A DNA stretch of 62,475 nucleotides from Octopus sinensis (GCF_006345805.1 NW_021834267.1:1-62475); one strand, 5' to 3'; positions 39,890 through 53,231 are shown, counted from the stretch's first letter. Notes: generated by a model not told the origin, from the sequence alone. Translations and numbers: made by a program.

Positions 39890-40520
39890 TCCAAGTTAGA
39901 CCCTGTTCATCAAGTTCTCTTCATTGAGGGTCCAATTAGGTTATGGCTCGTGTTGGTCATCAAGGGGTCACATGGTCATGTATCCAACCAATAACTATAT
40001 TCAGAAACTGGGGTGAGTCCTTTTACTTGAATGATTCAAAAGTGCCAGCTCACAATGTGTGGCCCCTGTTTCTGAGTCAGACCCTGCTTATGCTTTCTTC
40101 ACTGAGGGTCCAACTGGGTTGATAGCTCATGCTGGCCAGCCACATACCACATGACCATGTATCCAGCCAATGGCTATATTCAGAATCTGGGATGCATCTT
40201 ACTGCCTCTATGATTCAGGAATGCCAGTTCAGGCTGTGGTTGGTCATTTTGCTCAATATTACAAGTTAGACCCTACTTACTGTGTTCTCTTCACTGAGGG
40301 TCCAACTGGGTTTGCGGCTCACATTGGTTGACCACATACCACATGACCATGTACCCAACATCTCTGCTCAGAAACTGGGATCCATCTTGTGGCTTGGATG
40401 ATTCAGAAGTGCAAGCTCGGGCTGTTTGGCCATGTTGCTTGATTTTTCAAGTTAAGACCCTGCTTCTGGTCCCCTCTTCATTGAGGGTGCAGCTGAGTTG
40501 ACAGCTCCTATTGGTCAACC
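39890..40520. repeat. Diverged tandem repeat of about 185 bp, 3-4 copies
   Basis: agaccct...ttca(c/t)tgagggtccaa recurs at about 39895, 40077, 40265, 40451. Confidence 0.7.
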
Positions 40521-40980
40521 ACGTGGACACAGTAGCTGAGGAGGTATTCCGTAAAGGTGGAGACTGATTGGAACTCTGCTGGACGGATCACATGAGAGGA
40601 CCCAAGGGCATACCAACAATTGGTGAATGCAGCTACCTATTGCAACAGTGCACCCCCACTGACTTAATTTATGTGTTGGAAATGCTGATGAGGATTGAAC
40701 CAGGTAGTTTGGCATTCACTTTGAAAAAATTCAAATCAGATCATGTTAACACCAAAAATTATTTACATCAAGAAGGTGCTTATTTTCTATGAAAATCCCT
40801 ATTTTTTACGATTTTTTTGACTGCCGTGTTTCCATTTTTTGGTGTATTTCAACCAGAAAAATGTTCACTTAAAGAGAATAACAAGCTACATAATGCAAAA
40901 TTTTTACTTTTCAAAAATTCCAATTCTAAAGGGTCGAAACAAACCCAAGCAACACCGGGCGATACTGCTAGTATATATAT

Positions 40981-41015
<35 letters not shown>

Positions 41016-41113
41016 TATATAAATGTAATAATTTGAATTCGCCTTAAATGGTCCCTTTGCATACTGAATACTTGGTGAAATTGATTAATTAATTATTTTA
41101 CCCTCAATTGTTG

Positions 41114-41145
<32 letters not shown>

Positions 41146-41157
41146 TTTACATATATT

Positions 41158-41193
<36 letters not shown>

Positions 41194-41221
41194 ATATGCA
41201 TTTACATATAATATATATATA

Positions 41222-41275
<54 letters not shown>

Positions 41276-42949
41276 TATATATATATATATATATTATATA
41301 TATTATATAATATATATATATATATATATGTGCACATATATGTGTATATGTAGTTAGTGGATAAAACAAATATCAGAAAAAATATACTCTAAAGCGAGCA
41401 ATAATTATTACAACAAAAATACAAAACCTTTTAAACTTTTGTTGTAATATATATATATATATATATATATATACTGTACTTATTCCACGTCCTCGCATTG
41501 TTGTTTTTTCTTGCTTATTCAGGTTTAGATTAACTATATATGCTTACACATATCACCGTGATCACAGTGACCGACCAGGCTATCAGATGTTGCTACACAT
41601 CGCTGGTCACAATGCGCTTCACATTGTTTTAGCCTTCAAATGACGCCACCCCGCTGGCTAAGTGAGCAGGCCAACAGAAGAAAGAGAGAAAGTTGTGGCG
41701 AAAGAGTACAGCAGGGATCGCCACCATCCCCTGCCGGAGCCTCGTGGAGCTTTAGGTGTTTCCGCTCAATAAACACTCACAACGCCCGGTCTGGGGATCG
41801 AAACTGCGATCCTACAACCACGAGTCCACTGCCCTAACTACTGGGCCATTGCATATATATGCATACACATAATAAATGTATATGCATTTTTAGTAAAAAT
41901 CAATAAAAACAGCAGATTGAACTTGCTGTGTGTAGTGGAAAATATAACGTTTTGGGGTTAAGTCCTTCTTCACAGCAAAGGTTGGCAGGAGAGAAATTAC
42001 CGAAAGATGGTTGTTTTAGGTCCTCAAAACAAATTTCTTTTGAAATAGAGAATGTAAATCTCTTCTGTTTCCAATGGTTTCTCTTACAGCCTTGAGTGTT
42101 GAACAATGGTTTGAGATTTTGGTAGGCACAAACTATGGAAGACCCATCATGCATGTATGTATGTGAAGGCACATGCCCCAGTGGTAAGAGTGTCAGGCTC
42201 ACTACTATGAGGTAGTGAGTTCAAATTCCAGCCTGGGCTGTGTGTTGTGTTTTTAAGCAAGACACTTTATTCCACATTGTTCCAGTTCACTCAGCTGTAG
42301 AAATGAGTTGTGATGTCACTGGTGCCAAGCTGTATCGGCCCCTTTGCCTTTTCCTTGGCATAGAGATTTGGACAGAGAGTTGTGGAAGAGTGGTTTTTCT
42401 GTCTGCCAGGGTATATATACATATATACACACGCACACGTGTGTGTGTGTGTCTTTATGTCTCCCGCCACTGGTTGACAACTGGTGTTGATGTGTTTATA
42501 TCCTCATAACTTAGCAGTTTGGCAAAAGAGACTGACAGAATAAGTACCAGTGTTAACAGAAATGAGTTCTGAGGTCAGTTCATTTGATTAGATATTCTTC
42601 AAAACAGTGCCTCAGCATGGTCGCAGTCTAATGATGGAAGCAAGCAACTGATAAAAGATGTGTGTATATTTGTGTGCGTGTATGTGTGTGTGTTTGTCTG
42701 TGTGTGTTTGTGTGTGTATGTGTGTGTGTGTTTGTGTGTGTATGTGTGTGTGTGTATGTGTGTGTTTGTGTGTGTTTGTCTGTGTGTGTGTGCGTGTATG
42801 TGTGTGTTTGTCTGTGTGTGTATGTGTGTGTGTGTGTGTGTGTGTACAACCTTATCACGTGACATTCACCTGATGGTTCTTGTAAAGTTTTGGAACGGAA
42901 ATACCAAATAAGCAGCATCAGGAAGGGCCTCCATCTACGGAATATTTGC

Positions 42950-43645
42950 CTGAACAAGCCACATCCAGAAACCTGGACATTATCAAAGAAGCTTGAGAGG
43001 CGGTTGGATGGAACCTACACTCGCCTCCTTATGAGAGCTCAAAATCTCTCGTGGAAGTGTCATCCAACCAAAATGCAAATATATGGGAAACTACCACCTG
43101 TGTCATCTCTTGTGAAAGGTAGGAGAGTCCAGTTTGCTGGACATTGTTGTAGAGCTGAAAACGAGGCAATTTCTACTCTTCTCCTCTGGAAGCCATCTGC
43201 TCGCAATACCAGAGGGCGCACACTCTCCTACCCTGATGTAATCTCCAGGGATACAGGCATCCAGCAACAGGACCTCCGTAATGCTATGATGGACCGTGAA
43301 GTCTGGCGTAGCATGGTAAATTCCATTGTCTCGACCACGGTCGAACAATGATGATGATGATATATATATATATACATACATACATACATATCATCTCTTG
43401 TGAAAGGTAGAAGAGTCCAGTTTGCTGGACATTGTTGTAGAGCTGAAAAAGAGGTAATTTCTACTCTTCTCCTCTGGAAGCCATCTGCTCGCGATACCAG
43501 AGGGCGCACACTCTCCTACCCTGATTTAATCTCCAGGGATACAGGCATCCAGCAACAGGACCTCCGTAATGCCATGATGGACCGTGATGTCTGGCGTAGC
43601 ATGGTAAATTCCATTGTCTCGACCACGGTCGAACAATGATGGTGA
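42950..43645 (+). mobile_element. 5'-truncated RTE-clade LINE 3' end with tandem duplication of the last 250 bp
   Basis: ORF LERRLDGTYTRLLMRAQNLSWK...RRVQFAGHCCRA...MMDREVWR, typical of the post-RT C-terminus of RTE ORFs; (TGA)n tail; 43103-43351 repeated at 43391-43639. Confidence 0.8.
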
Positions 43646-43805
43646 TGAGCATGGACAGAAGATAAAGCATGTAAATACGGTGATGACAATATAATTCTCC
43701 CCTAAGTTCTTCATCAATATTTTCTTCTATAATTAATATTATTTTCGTTTGTTGCTGTTACTGTTGTTTGTGTCATTTTGAAATTTTTTGTTTTTCCCCC
43801 CATAG

Positions 43806-43913
43806 GATTTTTCTGAGTCCGACTCTGTCAACACTCTGAGCACAGTCGATGTGTTTGAAGATAATGTGGATAGAGTATTAGATATGGACAATAACTCCGT
43901 ATGTAGCTCACAG
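43806..43913 (+). CDS. Cytoplasmic exon, duplicate A: DFSESDSVNTLSTVDVFEDNVDRVLDMDNNSVCSSQ
   Basis: ttcccccccatag acceptor, cag|gtttgt donor; 108 bp, phase 0 to 0; paralogous to 52994-53101. Confidence 0.8.
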
Positions 43914-44899
43914 GTTTGTAAATACCACCCCCACACAATACTCTGCCCCCCTCAATCATAATATCAATAATAACTCTTATCAACCTCCTCTGTTGTGGTC
44001 TTTTAACATCTTCTCATCTGATGGCTTCAACTCTCTCTCTTTCTCTCTCTTTCTCTCTCTCGGTTACTGAATCTTTCCAAACATTGTCATCACCACCCAA
44101 CTGTCTCCCACATCTCACATCTCACAAAATCACCTTCCTGCCCTCTTTCATACTCTTTACTCTTTTACTTGCTTCAGTCATTTGACTGCGGCCATGCTGG
44201 AGCACCGCCTTTTTAGTCGAGCAAATCGACCCCAGGACTTATTCTTTGTAAGCAAGCCCAGTACTTATTCTATCGGTCTCTTTTGCCGAACCGCTAAGTG
44301 ACGGGGACATAAACACACCAGCATCGGTTGTCAAGCAATGCTAGGGAGACAAACACACATACACACATATATATATATATACATATATACGACAGGCTTC
44401 TTTCAGTTTCCGTCTACCAAATCCACTCACAAGGCATTGGTCGGCCCAGGGCTATAGCAGAAGACACTTGCCCAAGATGCCATGCAGTGGGACTGAACCC
44501 GGAACCATGTGGTTGGTTAGCATGCTACTTACCACACAGCCACTCCTGCGCCTATATGATGGGCTTCTTCCAGTTTCCATTTACCTAATCCACTCACGAG
44601 GCATTGGTCAGCCCAAGGTTATAGCAGAAGACACTTGCCCAAGATGCCACGCAGTGGGACTGAACCCGGAACCATGTGGTTGGTTAGTAAGCTACTTACC
44701 ACACAGCCACTCCTGCACCTATATGATGGGCTTCTTCCAGTTTCCATTTACCTAATCCACTCACGAGGCATTGGTCAGCCCAAGGTTATAGCAGAAGACA
44801 CTTGCCCAAGATGCCACGCAGTGGGACTGAACCCGGAACCATGTGGTTGGTAAGCAAGCTACTTACCACACGTTACTTATATCATCATCATCATCAAGA

Positions 44900-45590
44900 T
44901 CCCTTATCTCATGCAGTTGTGATGCTACCCCAGATGCTTTCACAGTCAGCTGTTGCCAGTGGTCTCAGTTCTCGGTCATGCATAGCAGGTTCACTCTGCT
45001 GTGACCTGTCCAGTCCTTGATGTTGCCAAGCCAGGATTTTCTCTGTTGGCCCCTCTTTTACCCTCCATCCACTGCTGTGCCCTGAAGAATGGATTTGGAC
45101 AAGGACTTGTGACAAAGTGGTTCCTCTCCACCAGGGTATTTGTTGACTCGGTGCCACCTGAAAAAAGCCTTTTGCTTTGTGCCCTTTGTATGAGATGTGT
45201 CGCAGCCTTGTGCTCAAATGACTGGATTCTTTGCTCCTGGTCAACTGTAAGAGTCCAACTCTCACACCCATACAGAAAGATCAAAGTCACCAGGGACTTG
45301 TATACAATGAATCTTTTTGGAAAACTAATAGAATCACCTTTCCATTTGGTCATGGTAGGAGAGGCCAGGCTAAGTCTTGTTATCTCTTTTTGAAATCTGC
45401 CATCTTTGGTCAAAGTGGATTCTAAGTTCTTGAAAGTGTTCCCTGCATCAAGTCTCTTTCTGTTTAGCATGATGTCAGTTGCTGTATTTTGGTTGTTATT
45501 CTTAACCAGGATCTGGGCTGATCCCCTTTCTGGAAGCTCTTCATACTTTTTCCAGTTTGGTGCTGAGCTTCTGTAGTTTTGCTTCACTGC
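44900..45590 (-). mobile_element. Degenerate RTE (BovB-like) LINE fragment
   Basis: Minus-strand translation TFKNLESTLTKDGRFQKEI...YKSLVTLIFLYGCESWTLTVDQEQRIQSFEHK matches the RTE FKYLG...LLYGCESWTL region. Confidence 0.8.
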
Positions 45591-45759
45591 TTCCTAAAAG
45601 CTCAATATCATCATCTTAGCACCAAATGGAAACGGACTGACCTCCAGTGGTCACCCTGCACATGACTTATATTTTAATTTGCTTCTTATTGCAATACGGT
45701 CCTAGACACCCACACATTACATCACTCCATTTGTAATGCCCTGAGTGACAATCTAAACT

Positions 45760-46600
45760 CTCCCTCAACAAACTCCCTACTGTCTTTAAAATAAGGACCA
45801 TATGAACCAGTGAGGGAGCTTCTTTGTAATCGCTTGACCCTTACTCAATGTAACAACCAAACCTCTCCCTCAGCAAATTCCCTCCTATCTTTAAAATAAG
45901 GACCATATGAACCAGTGAGGGAGCTTCTTTGTAATCGCTTGACCCTTACTCAATGTAACAACCAAACCTCTCCCTCAGCAAATTCTGCCCTCTTTTTAAA
46001 ATAGGGGCCAAATGAACCAGTGGGGGAGCTTCCTTGTAATCACATGACCTCACTCATTGTAAAAACCAAACCTCTCCCTCACCAAACTCTGCCCTCTTTT
46101 TAAAATAGGGGCCAAATGAACCAGTGAGGGAGCTTCCTTGTAATCACTTGACCTTACTCAATGTAACAACCAAATCTCTCCCTCAGCTAATTCTGCCCTC
46201 TTTTTAAAATAGGGGCCAAATGAACCAGTGAGGGAGCTTCCTTGCAGTCACTTAACCTTACTCAATGTAACAACCAAATCTCTCCCTCACCAAACTCTGC
46301 CCTCTTTTTAAAATAGGGGCCAAATGAACCAGTGAGGGAGCTTCCTTGCAGTCACTTGACCTTACTCAATGTAGCGACCAAATCTCTCCCTCAGCTAATT
46401 CTGCCCTCTTTTTAAAATAGGGGCCAAATGAACCAGTGAGGGAGCTTCCTTGCAGTCACTTGACCTTACTCAATGTAACAACCAAATCTCTCCCTCAGCT
46501 AATTCTGCCCTCTTTTTAAAACAGGGGCCAGTGAGGGAGCTTCCTTACTCAGTGTAGCAACCAAATCTCTCCCTCAACAACATCCCTACTGTCTTTAAAA
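45760..46600. repeat. About 104-bp tandem repeat, about 8 copies
   Basis: aaaata(a/g)gg..aaatgaaccagtgagggagcttc recurs at roughly 104-bp intervals. Confidence 0.9.
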
Positions 46601-46958
46601 TAGTCATAAAATATTATAAAATAGTCTTTAAAATAGTCATGGAGCATAAAATGAACATAAGGGTCCTGGAGGGGCTGGAATATTACACATCTCTATCACC
46701 ACTTCTGTTCCTTCATGCGATTTCCCATCTATTCATGTATTGGCTACTTTCACTTCAACACAACAACACTTCTCTATAAGTCATGGTCGTTTGTCATTAG
46801 TCTTTGTAGATCTTAATCCCTTCTATCAACATTTACCAATTTGGCTCTTTTTTCTTTATTTTTGCCCCTCTGCTACACCTAGTTCCTTCCATTTGTAACA
46901 CTTGTCTCTTCTCTATACATTTGACATCCTCCCTTTCTCTAAATATATATATATATAT

Positions 46959-47158
46959 ATAGAATGGTTGTATACTGTCAATCTAACAAGAAAGTGACAG
47001 TAGAGGGTACACCACCGCTGTATAGCCCTGCTGTATAGCCCTAGGAAGCATCGAACGCCTCCTGATAGGAGGCGTTCGATGCTTCCTAGGGCTATACAGC
47101 GGTGGTGTACCCCCTACTGTCACGTTCTTGTTAGATTGACAGTATACAACCATTCTAT
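46959..47158. repeat. Near-perfect palindrome, 92-bp arms, 3-nt loop
   Basis: Centre cct-GAT-agg at 47064-47066; two mismatches; left arm has an extra 13-bp direct duplication (gctgtatagccct). Confidence 0.95.
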
Positions 47159-47252
47159 CGCCCCACCACCGTACATGTCTCTACGAGAGATTTAGAAATT
47201 CAATATTTCTTATTATATATATATATATATGTATGTGTATATATGTGTTTAT

Positions 47253-47285
<33 letters not shown>

Positions 47286-47819
47286 GGGGGTGGGACCCAA
47301 AAGTAGTCGGAAACGTTATTTGTAGGACAAGCCTGTTGTAGTTCAGGCTTCTACTGCAAGAAGCCACTTGATGCAACCCTCAGGCATCAATCAGCAGTGT
47401 TGACTGATGTCATACTGCCATGTGGTGCATCGTTGTTTTGCAGTACTTCTTCCCTGTTCATCGATTTTTGCATTGAATGAAACAAAGGAACAATGTGCTT
47501 CCATGAAATTCTGTTTGCTGCTCAGGAAAACACCAAAATAACAGTTGCGTTGCTTCAGACAGTTTACAAAGATGCTGCCATGAGCAAAACGCATTATATA
47601 TATATGTACATATATATATATAGCGGGAAGGTTTACGAAAATATACAAAAGCCGAAGGCAGGTGGAGTACAAACAAACAAATGTATTAGTATGGCGCTCA
47701 GGAATAGAAATAAAACAAGTCTTTTACATTTCGAGCCTATGCTCTTCGACAGAAAGATACACAGACAAAAAACAAGGAGAGAGAAAAAAATGCGTGTAGG
47801 AGCTAACGATCTATCATGG

Positions 47820-47887
<68 letters not shown>

Positions 47888-48054
47888 TTAGGGAATGAAT
47901 CCAAAATTACAGGGAAAAATCAGATTTAGGGTTAAATCCAATTTTATAGTAAAATATTATATAATATAATATAATATAATTCGAGACAAAACCACTATTT
48001 CTTGTTTGGTTTTAAAATAGTGGTTTTGTCTCGAATTATATTATATATATATAT

Positions 48055-48385
48055 AAGGCACATGGCTCAGTGGTTAGAGCGTCGAGCTTACGATCGTGAG
48101 GTTGTGAGCTCGAATCCCGGACCGGCTGCGTGTTGTGTTCTTGAGCAAGGCACTTTATTTCACGTTGCTCCAGTTCACTCAGCTGTAGAAATGAGTTTCG
48201 ACGTCACAGGTGCCAAGCTGTATCGACCTTTGTCTTTCCCTTGGATAACACTGGTGGCGTGGAGAGGGGAGGCTGGTATGCATGGGCGACTGCTGGTCTT
48301 CCATAAACAACCTTGCCCGGACTTGTGTCTAGGAGGGTAACTTTCTAGGTGCAATCCCATGGTCATTCATGACCGAAGGGGGTCT
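48055..48385 (+). mobile_element. tRNA-derived SINE family D (related about 42170-42360, 14345-14545; minus about 11215-11490)
   Basis: tggctcagtggttag (A box), gctcgaatccc (B box), then cttgagcaaggcactttatttcac. Confidence 0.65.
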
Positions 48386-48539
48386 TTACCCCTTTTATAT
48401 ATATATATATATGTATGTATATGTATATTGTTGTTGGCATCTGTTTTGTCTCAGGAGACAATGGAGTTGCACATATAACAATCTAGTCTGGCTTTTACAT
48501 ATATATATATATGTATATATATATATGTGTATAACATGT

Positions 48540-49060
48540 CCATACTTGCAGAATCATCTCTCCTGCACTCTGCACCTGATACCTCTTATATCAAGCTGTT
48601 TCATCTCGGTTCACAGGGTTTCCAGTTCTCATGCACACTAACATCACAGATCTGGTGGAATCTGCTTGGATCATTGCTTTCCAACTTTTGCCTAATCTCC
48701 TGCATTCAGTACCAATGCCATGCTATCATGTAGCACGGCATTCTGTATGCATGCAAACCTACACCTTGCCCCTCACTCTGGGAGAGAAACCCTTTTGTTG
48801 CCAAGTGAGTTAACAGCCCCTTGAATTTCCCCATCTTCTTCTTACTTTGGTCACCACAGCTTTGAAGAGACCCACTTCTGCTGTTAATTGAATTACCTGG
48901 GTAATAAAATCTGTCGACTTCTTCTTGGAATCCTTTCAAACATTTCACAAAATATGTCAGATGCTTCCTCTTGCTGCTGTTTCTAGTCATGCATCTACCA
49001 AAACACACAACCAATAATTCCTGCTTGTCCCTCCATTACACTCTTGTCTGTTCATTGTTG
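48540..49060 (-). mobile_element. Degenerate RTE-like LINE fragment
   Basis: EEVDRFYYPGNSINSRSG...GKFKGLLTHLATKG resembles RTE EVVDxFCYLGDxIS...GKFRELLPLLxTKG. Confidence 0.65.
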
Positions 49061-49111
49061 AAAACGGGTACCTCATGGTCTTTCTACTTAATCCTTTACT
49101 ACTTATCGAAC

Positions 49112-49262
49112 ATGGTACTTGGGTCCTATCTTTTCTTATAGTACTTGGGTGCTATCTTTTCTGATGGTACTTGGGTCCTATCTTTTCTGATGGTACTTGG
49201 TCCTATCTTTTCTGATGGTACTTGAGTCCTATCTTTTCTGATGGTACTCGGGTCCTATCTTC
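49112..49262. repeat. 26-bp tandem repeat, about 6 copies
   Basis: tggtacttgggtcctatcttttctga repeated. Confidence 0.85.
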
Positions 49263-51166
49263 TTCCTTCTTAACAAAACATTTCATTCTTTGCTAAATTC
49301 TCTGAGAGGTTTCTTCATTCTAGTTTTGTTTCTTTGTTTGGAATTTCTTCACTAAACCTTTAAATGTTTCAGCGATGAGACCGTGGTCCTTTGTATAAAG
49401 AATTTCCCACAGATTTCTGCAATCGGATCTCGGTCATCAGTATAAAAGAGATCCCTCAGATAACTAACCTTAAACACTGATGGGTTGTCTTCAAGGATTA
49501 TAATAAACAAAACATGGCACGGAACTAAAGCCTGCATACTAAATCCTGACTGAACTCAAGGGTTAACTCCCCGCTTGGAGAAGGAAGAGCACGTTGATGA
49601 TATTCTGACCTGATGAAGCTCAGAAAGACATTTCATCTGGATGACTTCTCTACCTCATCAAATGCACTATAATGCTTCAGTAGTATTTCTTTGTTTCCAT
49701 TAATTGTAATGGCTCTTTAAGAAAACTACAACAAAGGTGACATAAAATGAGGTAAGGGAGGTAACTGGAATGACACAATGCTGTCGATTTTGGCACTGAA
49801 TGATTTGCAAAATTCTTAACAAAATTGAAATTTTTTAGGTGGAGAAAGAAAACAAATACCTACGTAAATGTCATTGTGAAAGAAATTACCCTCCTCTATC
49901 TCCACTAAACAGGGGTTTGATCAGATACTCAGGATGTATTTATGTTCATGAATGCATTTTGAAAAACTTCCGGTTGAAGAGTACTCTATAGGATAATCTG
50001 TCTCTTTGTTACTCAAAGCCTGTACATCCAATTCATGTCCAAATATGGCTTGCTTTGGTCAATCAATATTCTGTGTAACATACCATAAAATGCAGTTTAT
50101 TCATAGAATTACCAACTACCATTGTAATGTTTTGACATCCTCGAAGAGCATTTGTGGTTCTTCAATTCAGTCACATACTTGTGTGTGTGTATACATGAAT
50201 ACATGTGTGTGTGTGTATGTATGTGTATCTGCCTCTATTACTCTTTTTACTCTTTTACTTGTTTCAGTCATTTGACTGCGGCCATGCTGTAGCACCGCCT
50301 TTTAGTCGAGCAAATCGACCCCGGGACTTATTCTTTGTAAGCTCAGTACTTATTCTATCGGTCTCTTTTGCCGAACCGCTAAGTGACAGGGACGTAAACA
50401 CACCAGCATCGGTTGTCAAGCAGTGCTAGGAGGACAAACACAGACACACAAACATATACATTCACATACATATATATATATACATATATACAACGGGCTT
50501 CTTTCAGTTTCCGTCTACCAAATCCACTCACAAGGCTTTGATCGGCCCGAGGCTATAGTAGAAGGCACTTGCCCAAGGTTCCACGCAGTGGGACTGAACC
50601 CGGAACCATGTGGTTGGTAAGCAAGCTACTTACCACACAGCCACTCCTGCGCCATATATGTATATATATATATATACGACGGGCTTCTTTCAGTTTCCGT
50701 CTACCAAATCCACTCACAAGGCTTTGGTCGGCCCGAGGCTATAGTAGAAGGCACTTGCCCAAGATGCCACGCAGTGGGACTGAACCTGGAACCATGTGGT
50801 TGGTAAACAAGCTACTTACCACACAGCCACTCCATATATATATATATAATATATATATATATAATATGCTAAAAACCACAATCCTTGTTAAATGCAGTTA
50901 CCCAGGGTTTCAATATTCAAAACATTAATTTATTTTGCCATTTTTCAAGCTGCGTACAAGACCATTTGCATGTTGCTTTTTTAAGCAGATGACATTTAAT
51001 GAAGGGGCATTGGTACAGAAGGCAAAAAAGAAAAAAACCACAAGGGAGATAACCAATGTTATACAACAAACAATGTCAAGAGACATACAGAAGATATTAA
51101 TGCCTTACCATGTGTCTGGTGGCTTATTTTAAAATTCTGCCAAGATGTAGTTTTTCAAATATGGAC

Positions 51167-51749
51167 AGGCGCAGGAGTGGCTGTGTGGTAAGTAGCTTGT
51201 TTACCAACCACATGGTTCCGGGTTCAGTCGTGCTGCGTGGCACCTTGGTCAAGTGCCTTCTGCTATAGCCTCGGGCCGACCAAAGCCTTGTGAGTGGATT
51301 TGGTAGACGGAAACTGAAAGAAGCCTGTCGTATATATGTATATATATATACGTATATGGCGCAGGAGTGGCTGTGTGGTAAGTAGCTTGCTTACCAACCA
51401 CATGGTTCCGGGTTCAGTCGTGCTGCGTGGCACCTTGGGCAAGTGTCTTCTACTATAGCCTCGGGCCGACCAAAGCCTTTTGAGTGGATTTGGTAGACGG
51501 AAACTGAAAGAAGCCCGTCGTATATATATATTTATATATGCGTGTGTGTGTTTGTTCCCCTAGCATTGCTTGACAACCGATGCTGGTGTGTTTATGTCCC
51601 CGTTACTTAGCGGTTCGGCAAAAGAGACTGTTAGAATAAGTACTGGGCTTACAAAAAGAATAAGTCTCGGGGTCAAGTTGCTCGATTAAAGGCGGTGCTC
51701 CAGCATGGCCGCAGTCAAATGACTGAAACAAGTAAGAGAGTAAAGAGTA
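51167..51749 (+). mobile_element. tRNA-derived SINE family A (other + copies about 17105-17515, 24720-25130, 56600-57250, 60241-60657; - copies about 44155-44870, 50235-50832, 52195-52885, 53823-54295, 60950-61290)
   Basis: Head ggcgcaggagtggctgtgtggtaag...gggttcagtccc, internal (TA/TG)n linker, tail ...cagtcaaatgactgaaacaagtaaaaga(gtaaa)n. Confidence 0.8.
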
Positions 51750-52993
51750 TCTGGGAAAAAATTTTGTTTGTGGAATTTATGTATTTGTTGGAGGCTCTGA
51801 TGTCTTTTAAGAAATATAGTTTTTCAAGAGAACGTATTGAACACTTTTTTCACTGGTGCTGTTCCCTTCATCCTTAAGATTCCAGATTAAAGCGGAAAGG
51901 GTTGTTGAATATCGTTTATCACAGTGCCTAAAATTAGAAAGATGGTTGTTATATCAGGATTTAAATTTTCCTTCCACCGGTCTAATATAATGTTCAATTT
52001 CTGTTTGACTGGTGCCATAGCTTGCTGAAACCTGTGTTTCATTAACAAGGAGGATATAGCACTGAAGAAATTTAGTTTTGTCTCTTCATGTGCATCCAGG
52101 GCAGGCTTGAGTCAAAATCTCTCATGCTTATTGATATATGACAATATTAGGGGGTGAAGGGGGCACAAGAAAAGGGAATTTTAATCATGTGCAGTTTCCG
52201 TCTACCAAATCCACTCACAAGGATTGGTCGGCCTGAGGCTATAGTAGAAGACACTTGCCCAACATGCCACGAAGTGGGACTGAACCTAAAACCATGTGGT
52301 TGGTAAACAAGCTACTTACCACACAGCCACTCCTGCACCTATATATATATATATATATACATACATATATATACGACGGGCTTCTTTCAGTTTCCGTCTA
52401 CCAAATCCACTCACAAGGCTTTGGTGGGCCCCAGGCTATAGTAGAAGACACTTGCCCAAGGTGCGACGCAGTGGGACTGAACCCGGAATCATGTGGTTGG
52501 TAAACAAGCTACTTACCACACAGCCACTCCTGCACCTATATATATATACGATGGGCTTCTTTCAGTTTCAGTCTACCAAATCCACTCACAAGGCTTTGGT
52601 GGTCCCAAGGCTATAGTAGAAGACACTTGCCCAAGGTGCCACGCAGTGGGACTGAACCCAGAAACGTGTGGTTGGTTAGCAAACTCCTTACCACACAGCC
52701 ACTCCTGCACCTATATATATATATATATACATATATATACGACGGGCTTCTTTCAGTTTCCGTCTACCAAATCCACTCACAAGGCTTTGGTGGGCCCGAG
52801 GCTATAGTAGAAGACACTTGCCCAAGGAACCCGGAACCGTGTGGTTGGTAAACAAGCTACTTACCACACAGCCACTCCTGCGCCCATATATGGTGTTATC
52901 CATCTGAGTAATTTTTCCACATATATATTGTTGTTGTTGTTGTTGCTGCTGTTTTTTTTGTTTGCCATCTTGAAATTTTTTGTTTCCCCTCAG

Positions 52994-53101
52994 GATTCTT
53001 CTGAGTCGCACTCGGCCAAGGCCCTGAGTACACTCGACGAGTACGAGGAATATTTGGATAAAGTCTTAGATACAGAACATAACTCAATATGTAGCTCCCA
53101 G
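52994..53101 (+). CDS. Cytoplasmic exon, duplicate B: DSSESHSAKALSTLDEYEEYLDKVLDTEHNSICSSQ
   Basis: ttcccctcag acceptor, cag|gtttgt donor; 108 bp, phase 0 to 0; 20/36 aa identical to exon A by manual alignment. Confidence 0.8.
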
Positions 53102-53197
53102 GTTTGTAACAAAAAAAAAATACCAAAAACAAATAATAAAGAATAACAAAATATTAATCTCCACCCCAAACGGTTTTGCTCTATCCTCCACAGTAAC

Positions 53198-53231
<34 letters not shown>

